Made by a program: the position numbers and the translations under genes. 38,638 bases of DNA. Source: Macrostomum lignano. Lineage: Eukaryota. Positions 1 to 10,135 of this stretch are shown piece after piece (within the stretch, counting starts at the first letter, position 1; each line of letters starts with the position of its first letter). A model generated the notes under the pieces. The model worked only from the letters and a program-made list of their open reading frames with translations, was not told the origin of the DNA and did not search any database. The stretch lies in assembly GCA_002269645.1 (NCBI GenBank), contig NIVC01003118.1:1-38638 (forward strand). Reading direction: 5' to 3'.

Positions 1-112
1 ACATCAGGTGGAAGTCCGAGGTGAGGAAGCCGGCAACAGTGGAAGCTCACGTCCCGGATGCGGTGAACCTGTAGGGATGTTCGGAATGTCCTTGAAGTGT
101 CTGGAGATCGGA

Positions 113-400
113 GAGTGTGGTATTTCAAGGGACTGTGGTATGTCTTGGGGTGTGGTATTTCTGATGGTGTGGTATTTCTGAGGGTGTGGTATTTCTGATG
201 GGTGTGGTATTTCTGAGGGTGTGGTATTTCTGAGGGGTGTGGTATTTCTGAGGGGTGTGGTATTTCTGGGAGTGTTGGATTTCTGGAGATGTGGTATTTT
301 CTAAGGGGTGTGGGATTTCTGGGAGGGTGGAATTTCTGTGGGTGTGGGATTTCTGGGGTGTGGGTTTTGTGGGATTTGGGAGACGTTCGATTATTTAAAA
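113..400. repeat. Degenerate 17-18 bp minisatellite (GGGTGTGGTATTTCTGA)n
   Basis: Visible tandem periodicity. Confidence 0.85.
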
Positions 401-640
401 TGTGGCACATGCGATTTTTGTGGAATGTAGGATAATTTGTGAATTGTGGGTCTAATATGAATGTTGAATCCGTAGAATGTAATGTGACAACATTTAATGC
501 TTCTTTACCAACACATTTATCCTCAAATTTAGAAACCACGAAGAAGTAGAAGAGAATTAAATTAAATCACCTTTGATAATTTTCCTTTTCAAAAGTTTTA
601 ATCGCGCGCGACCTCTCACGAAACGAGGTCCCACTCCTCA

Positions 641-918
641 TCACGGATTAGAAAGACTAAATAGGATTGCTTCAACTCCCCATCTCTTAATCCCCGGTCT
701 CGGTGGTGTGGCGTGACACTCAAGCGAGGATTTTTGGCCACTTCCGTCGGGGGTGGCGGGCAGGTACGGCTCCCTGGCCTGTCGAATGCAGGCGAATGGC
801 AAAGAAGCAGCGCGGGGCGTTGCAGGGAGATCGAGGCCGGATGAAGGCGGGAGCAGGGAGGCTGAGCAAATATGCCGCCAGCATCGGCTTGGCTTATGAG
901 TCATGCTTTCGGACTGAG
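641..918 (-). CDS. Pannexin-like exon 3 (C-terminal tail; two possible acceptors)
   Basis: ttctcttcag|CTCAG|TCC. The first AG gives LSPKA* (stop 901-903); the second gives a 90-aa tail SESMTHKPSRCWRHIC…NP* (stop 641-643). Confidence 0.5.
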
Positions 919-974
919 CTGAAGAGAACCCGCATGAGCCAAGCAATGAGTGAAGGATGGAAATAATGAGTGAT

Positions 975-1890
975 ATTGTGAGTTCCTGAGTGAATTTATG
1001 AGTGAGTTCATGAGTGAGTTCATGAGTGAGTTCATGAGTGAGTTCATGAGTGAGTTCATGAGTGAGTTCATGAGTGAGTTCATGAGTGAGTTCATGAGTG
1101 AGTTCATGAGTGAGTTCATGAGTGAGTTCATGAGTGAGTTCATGAGTGAGTTCATGAGTGAGTTCATGAGTGAGTTCATGAGTGAGTTCATGAGTGAGTT
1201 CATGAGTGAGTTCATGAGTGAGTTCATGAGTGAGTTCATGAGTGAGTTCATGAGTGAGTTCATGAGTGAGTTCATGAGTGAGTTCATGAGTGAGTTCATG
1301 AGTGAGTTCATGAGTGAGTTCATGAGTGAGTTCATGAGTGAGTTCATGAGTGAGTTCATGAGTGAGTTCATGAGTGAGTTCATGAGTGAGTTCATGAGTG
1401 AGTTCATGAGTGAGTTCATGAGTGAGTTCATGAGTGAGTTCATGAGTGAGTTCATGAGTGAGTTTATGAGTGAGATCTTGAGTGAGTTCATGAGTGAGAT
1501 CTTGAGTGAGTTCATAAGTGAGTTCATGAGTGAGTTCATGAGTGAGTTCATGAGTGAGTGAGTTCATGACTGAGTTCATGAGTGAGTTCATGAGTGAGTT
1601 CATGAGTGAGTGAGTTCATGAGTGAGTTCATGAGTGAGTGAGTTCATGAGTGAGTTCATGAGTGAGTTTATGAGTGAGATCTTGAGTGAGTTCATGAGTG
1701 AGATCTTGAGTGAGTTCATAAGTGAGTTCATGAGTGAGTTCATGAGTGAGTTCATGAGTGAGTGAGTTCATGACTGAGTTCATGAGTGAGTTCATGAGTG
1801 AGTTCATGAGTGAGTGAGTTCATGAGTGAGATCTTGAGTGAGTTCATGAGTGAGTTCATGAGTGAGTGAGTTCATGAGTGAGATCTTAAG
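975..1890 (+). repeat. 12-bp satellite (ATGAGTGAGTTC)n, ~75 copies, in intron 2 of the pannexin-like gene
   Basis: Near-perfect tandem array; source of the MNSL/THEL/MSEF pseudo-ORFs. Confidence 0.98.
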
Positions 1891-1912
1891 TGAGTGGCTC
1901 AGCCGGTCTCAC

Positions 1913-2416
1913 CTCATTCCTATAGTACCCCAGCGCCATCAGCTTGATGAAGCTGGCAAAGAAGCTGGCCTCCATGTAGGCGTCCTCCCTGAAGGCCAGC
2001 CTCGACTGGGCGAAGCGGAGCCGGGCGAAGGCGACTTGGGCGGCGCAGACGGCGGCAGCAGCGGCCAGGAGGCCCAGCAGTGCGGCGTTCGCCCAGCGCG
2101 ACAGCGGCTGAGCGCAGGTGGCCATGGTGGCTCCGTGGCGATCGGTTTGGCACGTCCGGCTGGCCGGAACGGCGCCAGGGAGCCGGCGGCGCCGCAGGCG
2201 AGGGCGCCACAGGCGAACAGCAGGATCTGGCCAGCAAGGCAGGCACCCTGCTTGGCTGCCCAGGCGCGCCACAGGCGGCCGGAGGTCTGCCAGGCGGCCA
2301 GGCGGTGGCCGAGCGTCCAGTCGATGCGACCGGCCTCGCAGCTGGCCAGGCGGGCGGCGCCGATGGCCGAGAAGCCGCCGAGAAGGGGCGGCTGGCGGGG
2401 CGGCTCAGCGGCTTCT
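1913..2416 (-). CDS. Pannexin-like exon 2: cytoplasmic loop, TM3, EL2 (2 Cys), TM4, start of C-tail
   Basis: ccaccag acceptor phase 2. …SGRLWRAWAAKQGACLAGQILLFACGAL, a -1 shift at ~2150-2185, then …RTCQTDRHGATMATCAQPLSRWANAALLGLLAAAAAVCAAQVAF…GYYRNE; donor gtgaga. The GC3 bias switches frame at the shift. Confidence 0.7.
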
Positions 2417-2424
2417 CTGGTGGA

Positions 2425-2647
2425 GAGAAATTTCGGGGGATGAGATTATCTCTATGAGAGAGATTCTGGGGGATGAGATTATCTCTGTGAGAGAGATTCT
2501 ACAGGATGAGATTATCTCTGTGAGAGAGATTCTACAGGATGAGATTATCTCTGTTAGAGATCTCTGGGATGAGATTATCTCTGTGAGAGAGATTCTACGG
2601 GATGAGATTAGCTCCGTGCGAGAGATTTCGGGGGATGAGATTATCTA
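2425..2647. repeat. 33-bp minisatellite (GGATGAGATTATCTCTGTGAGAGAGATTCTACA)n in intron 1
   Basis: About 6.5 copies. Confidence 0.9.
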
Positions 2648-2680
2648 AGAGTCAAGAGATTAACCGTTCCCCCGCTCTAC

Positions 2681-3062
2681 CTCCCGATGAGGTCTGTCAG
2701 CTGCCGCAGCATCCCACCAGCAGCCTCCGCCGCAGCAGGGGGCCAACAGCGTGACTCCACCACAGGTGCGGCAGCCACATCAGCCCGGCGTAGGTCAGCA
2801 ACCCTATCGCGAGGTCGCGGGTTCGAGTCCCAACCGGTTGCAGCAGCGGGCACAGCTGACTGAGAAACTCCATCGTCTGTTGACTGGCATTCTGACGATG
2901 GTCGAGCAGGCACTGGCCAGGCGAGGTCGCGAGTTCGATTCCGAACAGCCCGAACGACAGGCCCATCGGCCAGATGACGGAGAGGAGCTGGAGAAGGCGG
3001 TCCGGCAACAGTAGGATGCTGAACTTTGAATAATCATCAGGGGATTTGCTTCGTGAATGCAT
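2681..3062 (-). CDS. Pannexin-like exon 1: N-terminus, TM1, EL1 (2 Cys), TM2
   Basis: ATG at 3062. MHSRSKSPDDYSKFSILLLPDRLLQLLSVIWPMGLSFGLFGIELATSPGQCL…SQQTMEFLSQLC…LLTYAGLMWLPHLWWSHAVGP. A -1 shift at ~2710-2745 leads to GMLRQLTDLIG and the phase-2 donor gtagag. Confidence 0.7.
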
Positions 3063-3094
3063 GGCCTGGCGATGCAAATGCTTTTGGCTCTGCC

Positions 3095-3140
3095 TCGAGT
3101 TAAATATCCCACTTAGGCCGCTCCGCCATCCAATCGGAAA
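3095..3140 (-). promoter_or_regulatory. Candidate core promoter of the pannexin-like gene
   Basis: On the minus strand: ATTGG (CCAAT box, 3130-3134), GGCGGAG, and TATTTAA (3100-3106) about 40 nt upstream of the ATG. Confidence 0.35.
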
Positions 3141-3235
3141 GGAAGGCAGCTCTTATTTAGAGCTGCTTTAAATCCTTAACGTGCTACTGATTAAGTAGAA
3201 ATACTGAAATTCTAATAGAATTTTCATTTACGAAA

Positions 3236-3287
3236 TCAGTCAGTCAGACAGTCAGTCAGTCAGTCAGTCAGTCAGACAGTCGGTCAG
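3236..3287. repeat. (CAGT)n microsatellite
   Basis: Direct reading. Confidence 0.9.
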
Positions 3288-3290
3288 TAA

Positions 3291-4464
3291 CCCACTCACT
3301 CACTCACATGAATTCACTCATGAACTCACTCATGAACTCACTCATGAACTCACTCACTCATGAACTTACTCATGAACTCACTCATGAACTCACTCATGAA
3401 CTCACTCATGAACTCACTCACTCATGAACTCACTCACTCATGAACTCACTCACTCATGAACTCACTCATGAACTCACTCACTCATGAACTTACTCATGAA
3501 CTCACTCATGAACTCACTCATGAACTCACTCATGAACTCACTCATGAACTCACTCATGAACTCACTCATGAAGTCACTCATGAACTCACTCATGAACTCA
3601 CTCATGAACTCACTCATGAACTCACTCATGAACTCACTCATGAACTCACTCACTCATGAACTTACTCATGAACTTACTCATGAACTCACTCATGAACTCA
3701 CTCATGAACTTACTCATGAACTCACTCACTCATGAACTCACTCATGAACTCACTCATGAACTCACTCATGAACTCACTCATGAACTCACTCATGAACTCA
3801 CTCATGAACTCACTCATGAACTCACTCACTCATGACCTCTCTCGAGAACTTACTCATGAACTCACTCATGAACTCACTCATGAACTCACTCATGAACTCA
3901 CTCATGAACTCACTCATGAACTCACTCACTCATGAACTTACTCATGAACTCACTCATGAACTTACTCATGAACTCACTCATGAACTCACTCATGAACTCA
4001 CTCATGAACTCACTCATGAACTCACTCATGAACTCACTCACTCATGAACTTACTCATGAACTCACTCATGAACTCACTCATGAACTCACTCACTCATGAA
4101 CTTACTCATGAACTTACTCATGAACTCACTCATGAACTCACTCATGAACTTACTCATGAACTCACTCACTCATGAACTCACTCATGAACTCACTCATGAA
4201 CTCACTCATGAACTCACTCATGAACTCACTCATGAACTCACTCATGAACTCACTCATGAACTCACTCACTCATGACCTCTCTCGAGAACTTACTCATGAA
4301 CTCACTCTTGAACTCACTCATGAACTCACTCATGAACTCACTCATGAACTCACTCATGAACTCACTCACTCATGAACTTACTCATGAACTCACTCATGAA
4401 CTTACTCATGAACTCACTCATGAACTCACTCATGAACTCACTCATGAACTCACTCATGAACTCA
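3291..4464 (-). repeat. 12-bp satellite (GAACTCACTCAT)n, reverse complement of the 975-1890 array
   Basis: About 95 copies; includes an internal 440-bp block duplication (marker CATGACCTCTCTCGAG at 3831 and 4271). Confidence 0.98.
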
Positions 4465-4817
4465 CCAACAAAAATTTCCCGCTCCGAGGACACATTTTTC
4501 CGCGTGTTTCGCAACAGTATTTTAACGGAAACACTGGCGTGCTTGCTTTTCGAAATTCCAAATATTTATTAGCATAAAAATGCATGCTGGGGCAGCTTCA
4601 TTTAGGCGACTTAGTTTAGACATAAGCTTGTATTTTCCAACTGTTGAGCTCGTGACTCAGTCCAATATGGAAACGAATGCACTGATGGAAGCAGCTGCCT
4701 TGCTCTGCTTGCTGCGGTCTGCCGCCGCGCAGGGGCTCCATCAACCAATTTCAATATCGAAGGTTGGGTGTTGCAAATTGATAAGAATCTTCTCTGAGCA
4801 CAAGTCTTCCCTATACT

Positions 4818-5323
4818 CGATTCGCCATTCCCCATACCTGATTCGCCATTCCCCACACCTGATTCGCCATTCCCCATACCTGATTCGCCATTTCCTGATT
4901 TCCGATACCTGAGTTCCCAGTTCCGATACCTGAGTTCCCATTTCCGATACCTGAGTTCCCATTTCCGATACCTGAGTTCCCATTTCCGATACCTGAGTTC
5001 CCATTTCCAATACCTGAGTTCCCATTTCCAATACCTGAGTTCCCATTTCCAATACATGAGTTCCCATTTCCAATACCTGAGTTCCCATTTCCAATACCTG
5101 AGTTCCCATTTCCGATACCTGAATTCCCATTTCCGATACCTGAGTTCCCATTTCCGATACCTGAATTCCCATTTCCAATACCTGAGTTCCCATTTCCGAT
5201 ACCTGAATTCCCATTTCCAATACCTGAGTTCCCATTTCCAATACCTGAGTTCCCATTTCCGATACCTGAGTTCCCATTTCCGATACCTGAGCTCCCATTT
5301 CCGATACCTGAGCTCCCATACCT
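4818..5323. repeat. Two related 21-bp minisatellites: (TTCGCCATTCCCCATACCTGA)n and (TGAGTTCCCATTTCCRATACC)n
   Basis: About 3.5 and about 20 copies. Confidence 0.95.
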
Positions 5324-6519
5324 GGGCGGGGCCATCAAGGAATGCACTTTGGCTATATCAGCAAATAAAGTTTCAAAACAGCCTGCAGTTACAAATCAGT
5401 TTATCTGTGACACGAATCGAATTGACGATCCAAAATTAGCAGCTTAGGCGGCAATATAATTATCATATATATATTTATTAATTTCAGGCAGATAGCAAGT
5501 GCAGCAAACTGTGTGCGATGCTCAAATACTATAAACTGAGAACAAAAAAATAACTTTAAAGAATCGATTTCGAAAAAAGCAATGAACGATTGATTAAAAA
5601 CTCACTCACTCAATGAAGCCCGCTGAACAGCTGTATGACAACTGCAGTACAATATAAATCGTGATTCTTTCGTAAAAAAATTATTCACAAGCTGCTACTG
5701 ATAGTAGAGGAGGCGAAATTTCTATAAATATGGCGAACTCTAATAAGTAAGGCCGACTAAATATGAGAAGATTATCTTCAGAGAAAAAGATGAGTTGTTT
5801 AAAAAAGCAGCATTACAGCTTCTGCCTCATCACAGCTACAGCACAGAACAGAATAGACAGATTTTGCAGAGGTAGAAAATGAACTGATTGCGTTGCTAGC
5901 GGGTGGGACCAGGACTTGACAATGGACATAAATTAACTTAATAAATAAGCGAAGCTTTTCAAGCGAGATTGCAGGCAAACAAGAGGCATTTATAAAATAT
6001 AAAAGCCAAACTAAAAAACATTTTATTGCACAACGTTTAATTGATATAGCAGCGACAGTCGCGACTAGCTACTAACGCGAGTAGAAAGTGCAGCGAATTT
6101 CGCAATTAACTGACAAAAAAAACTGTATTTAATTTTCTTTAATTGCAAAAAAACAATTAACAGATTGTGTGAACGGCAGTTTATTAAAGCGATTAAATAA
6201 AAAGTTTGGTAAAAATGAGTCATAGAGAGACATATGTGTATGAGTAGGCATACAAGAGATCCGGAGCACAGGCAATTGACAAAAGCGTTAAAGCTGTTAT
6301 GCACACACTGCCTGTAAGCTTTATTCACGAGTCTATTGTTATTAGTATTATTGATAAAATAAGCAGCAGCTAGTTAACGAAAAAACGCATGCAAAATTTC
6401 AAAATTGATTAGAAAGTGTTCTAATTAATAGAAAAATAAAATTATTTTTCTATTGTATTTTTTAATTGTATAGATTTGAAATTGTCGAAAAACTAAAATC
6501 AAACTATTCCTTGATTCTG

Positions 6520-7022
6520 AATTTGGGATTCGGAATTGGGATCGCCGTTGATTTGGGATTCGGAATTGGGATCGCCGTTGATTTGGGATTCGGAATTGGG
6601 ATCGCCGTTGATTTGGGATTCGGAATTGGGATCGCCGTTGATTTGGGATTCGGAATTGGGATCGCCATTGATTTGGGATTCGGAATTGGGATCGCCATTG
6701 ATTTGGGATTCGGAATTGGGATCGCGGTTGATTTGGGATTCGGAATTGGGATCGCCGTTGATTTGGGATTCGGAATTGGGATCGCCCCTGATTTGGGATT
6801 CGGAATTGGGATCGCCCCTGATTCGGGATTCGGAATTGGGATCGCCGTTGATTTGGGATTGGAATTGGGATCGCGGTTGATTTGGGATTCGGAATTGGGA
6901 TCGCCCCTGATTTGGGATTGGAATTGGGATCGCAGTTGATTTGGGATTCGGAATTGGGATCGCCCCTGATTTGGGATTGGAATTGGGATTGACGTTAATT
7001 TGGGATTCGGAATTTGGGATCA
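6520..7022. repeat. 30-bp minisatellite (GATTTGGGATTCGGAATTGGGATCGCCGTT)n
   Basis: About 17 copies. Confidence 0.95.
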
Positions 7023-7290
7023 CTAATTATCGGGAATTAATTTAATAATTCAAAACTTACCAAAAAAGTTCAATTTAAGTAGTTATTCGAAAGCTGACGC
7101 AATCACACTAAGCAGAAACTACAGCATTAATAATAAAGTGCATCGATTTGGTGGCTACACACGCAATGTACTATCAACAGTAGTAGTGAAAATTATTACA
7201 CTTTAGGGATTTTAGAGTATAAAAAACTAAACACACTGGAGGACTATGACAGTTATATAAGCGCATAATTTTTACACAACAGTATAAAAC

Positions 7291-7422
7291 TCAAACGTCG
7301 CTCTCTTTAATCTCCAGTTCAGCAGCGGAGTTCGCCGTGCAGACGGCGTTCAAATTCTCTTCATCAATGGTGGCGTCGCCCTTGTCAAATCCCGTCTGCT
7401 GGTAGATGGCGTCGTTTAGGAA
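7291..7422 (-). CDS. Terminal coding exon (FLNDAIYQQTGFDKGDATIDEENLNAVCTANSAAELEIKESDV*)
   Basis: cccgcag acceptor phase 0; L..AI resembles 4.1 CTD ALAQAI; TGA followed by AT-rich 3'UTR-like sequence. Confidence 0.78.
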   Translation of the reverse strand, partial: FLNDAIYQQTGFDKGDATIDEENLNAVCTANSAAELEIKESDV

Positions 7423-7544
7423 CTGCGGGAATGCAGATTTCAAAATGAATTGTCGCTGGGAATGTAGAGTGAAGTATTGATAGGATTGGGAAATCTCTGT
7501 AATATGGACTTCTCAAATTAGCACCTGGAACGATAAGCGTGCGT

Positions 7545-7950
7545 GTCTATATGGGGTAGTAGTTATCTCTGTGTGAGATTCTGGGTGAGATTATCTCTCT
7601 GTGTGAGATTCTGGATGAGATTATCTCTCTGTGTGAGATTCTGGATGAGATTATCTCTCTGTGTGAGATTCTGGATGAGATTATCACTCTGTGTGAGTTT
7701 CTGGATGAGATTATCTCTGTGTGTGAGATTCTGGATGAGATTATCTCTCTGTGTGAGTTTCTGGATGAGATTATCTCTCTGTGTGAGATTTCCGATGAGA
7801 TTATCTCTCTGCGTGAGATTTCCGATGAGATTAATCGCTGTGTGAGATTCTGGATGAGTTTATCACTCTGTGTGAAATTTCCGATGAGATTATCTCGCTG
7901 CGTGAGATTCTGGATGAGATTATCTCTCAGTGTGAGATTTCGGATGAGTG
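7545..7950. repeat. 30-bp minisatellite (GTGAGATTCTGGATGAGATTATCTCTCTGT)n
   Basis: About 13 copies; core shared with the 2425-2647 array. Confidence 0.93.
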
Positions 7951-8399
7951 TTATGCTATACGATTATCATCTATAACATTATTCAAGAACAGACACCTGC
8001 AGTGAAAATCGGTGGTGTAAAATACAGACTCCCCCAGACCAGACACTATCGGTTTAAACTTATACTAAAAGTCCTTGCATCTGAAAACAAAACAAATAAA
8101 CATGACAAGTTTTGTCCACAGATCTTTGACAGTACAGACCCAGATAACAGTGCGGCCAAATCTATGTGAACATGTATGTACAAATTATACATTTGATGCC
8201 GAAATAAATCTACATATTGTTTGCATAATAGTGCGTCAAAGGGAATTAAATAAAAACACTGAGTGTACTTCAGGAGTATGAAAACTCTAAAAACTTAAAA
8301 TATGATTTGTTATTGTTTAAAATAGCGCTTATTGTTACACTAATTATCTGAATTATTAATATTGCATTTGTACAAAACTTGAAATCCATCGACTTGGGC

Positions 8400-8845
8400 T
8401 GTCAGGTATGTTATTTTAGGTGTCAGGTGTTTATTTAGGGTGTCAAGTGAGTTTATTTTAGGTGTCAGGTGTTTCTTTAGGGTGTCAGGTGTGTTTATTT
8501 TAGGTGTCAGGTGTTTATTTTGGGTGTCAAGTGTGCTTATTTAGGGTGTTAGGTGTGTTTATTTACGGTGTCAGGTGTGTTTATTTAGGGTGTCAGGTGT
8601 GTTTATTTAGGGTGTTAGGTGTGCTTATTTACGGTGTCAGGTGTGTTTATTTAGGGTGTCAGGTGTGTTTATTTTAGGTGTCAGGTGTGTTTATTTTAGG
8701 TGTCAGGTGTTTATTTAGGGTGTCAGGTGTGCCGATTTAGGGTGTCAGGTGTGTTTATTTAGGGTGTCAGGTGTGCCGATTTAGGGTGTCAGGTGTGTTT
8801 ATTTAGGGTGTCAGGTGTGCCGATTTAGGGTGTCAGGTGTGTTTC
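8400..8845. repeat. 20-22 bp minisatellite (TTTAGGGTGTCAGGTGTGTTTA)n
   Basis: About 20 copies. Confidence 0.93.
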
Positions 8846-9044
8846 CAATTTAGATTTCAAAGTATTTTAATTGTTGTGTTTAATGCCAGTGGATAAACGG
8901 TTAGTTATAGAAAAATGAAACAGCTATTGAGACTAAACAGAGACTCAATCGCGTCCGAAACATCTACGGGGTTGCAGCAGCAGCAGAGGTGGACTAAATA
9001 TTAGACAACACTGCCGCAGACTTACTCCGCAGACGAGAACTTAC

Positions 9045-9074
9045 TCATTGATGAGGCTCTTCATCATCAATCTT
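9045..9074 (-). CDS. Candidate 30-nt alternative exon KIDDEEPHQ* (alternative terminal or poison exon)
   Basis: tttttag acceptor, in frame with the upstream exon; last codon is TGA, immediately followed by gtaagt. Confidence 0.45.
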   Translation of the reverse strand, partial: KIDDEEPHQ

Positions 9075-9269
9075 CTAAAAATGACCAATTCAATCGAAGC
9101 AATTTTATTGGCTAATTTTTTATTCCTTTGTCATCGATTCCGGATTATCGATTTTACTCTTCATGCCAGCTCCTATTATTCCTGCGATGCCTTTTCCTAC
9201 CCAATGACGACTTAATCTCTTATTCCTGCACCCTCCTTTCCTTTTCTTGCATACATGTAACTTCTTCGC

Positions 9270-9870
9270 TCTCTTCTCTCTCCCTTTCCTATCTCTTCTC
9301 CTCCTCTCCTCTCTCCCTTTCCTCTCTCCTTCTCTCCCCTTTCCTCTCTCCCCTCCTATCTCCCTCTCTCCCCTCTCCTCTCTCCCTCTCATCTCTCCCT
9401 CCTCTCTCCCTCTCTCCCCTTTCCTCTCTTCTCCTCCTCTCTCCTTCTCTCCCCTTTCCTCTCTTCTCCTCCTCTCTCCTTCTCTCCCCTTTCCTCTCTT
9501 CTCCTCCTCTCTCATTCTCTCCCCTTTCCTCTCTTCTCCTCCTCTCTCCTTCTCTCCCCTTTCCTCTCTTCTCCTCCTCTCTCCTCTCCCCTTTCCTCTC
9601 TCTTCTCCTCCTCTCCTCTCTCCCCCTCATCTCTCCCCTCCTCTCTCCCTCTCTCCCCTTTCCTCTCTTCTCCTCCTCTCTCCTTCTCTCCCCTTTCCTC
9701 TCTCTTCTCCTCCTCTCCTCTCTCCCCCTCATCTCTCCCCTCCTCTCTCCCTCTCTCCCCTTTCCTCTCCCCTTTCCTCTCTCCCTCTCTCCCCTTTCCT
9801 CTCTCCCCTCCTCTCCTTCCTTTCCGCTTCACTAATCTCCCTCTCCCTCCTTCATCTCTCTACTCTCCCT
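9270..9870. repeat. CT-only low-complexity tract (GA-rich on the gene sense strand)
   Basis: About 600 nt almost entirely C/T, with internal ~35-40 nt repeats. Confidence 0.95.
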
Positions 9871-9953
9871 CTCACTCCCAGCTTCCTGATCTTCATCCGC
9901 CTCCCCAATTTCAAAGCCGCCCCATCCCACCGACCCCTCCAGCCCGGCCTCAC

Positions 9954-10037
9954 CGATTCGTCCTCGCCCTCCCCGGAGATCACCAGATTTCGCCGTGTAA
10001 TTCGCGTCTCCCGCCGCACCTCGGGCACCCCGTTAAT
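9954..10037 (-). CDS. 4.1 CTD-like exon (INGVPEVRRETRITRRNLVISGEGEDES)
   Basis: attcag acceptor, gtgagg donor; 84 nt; resembles the 4.1 CTD segment GGISETRIEKRIVITGDADID. Confidence 0.82.
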
Positions 10038-10135
10038 CTGAATGGGAATTGAAAGCGAGCAATAGAAATGATGCAGGAAAAGAAAGTAAATGAGAATCAG
10101 TGCCAGTTTTGTACTGGGTAGAAACACACACTCAC

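Larger units (their letters stand above)
641..3062 (-). pseudogene. Pannexin/innexin-superfamily four-TM channel gene, 3 exons, with two apparent -1 frameshifts (pseudogene or assembly error)
   Basis: Exons 2681-3062, 1913-2416 and 641/901-913/918. Four hydrophobic segments, two Cys in each extracellular loop, Pro in TM1 and TM2. Exons 1 and 2 are each exactly 1 nt short of the length needed to keep phase. Confidence 0.65.

Noticed and set aside
1-68. Possible minus-strand exon after acceptor ccctacag (69-71)
   Set aside because: Truncated by the window edge, two of three frames have stops, and it cannot be linked to a gene.
4667-4762. Possible plus-strand first exon with a signal-peptide-like sequence (METNALMEAAALLCLLRSAAAQG…K|gttggg)
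   Set aside because: Weak donor and no downstream partner exon found before the convergent 4.1 3' end.
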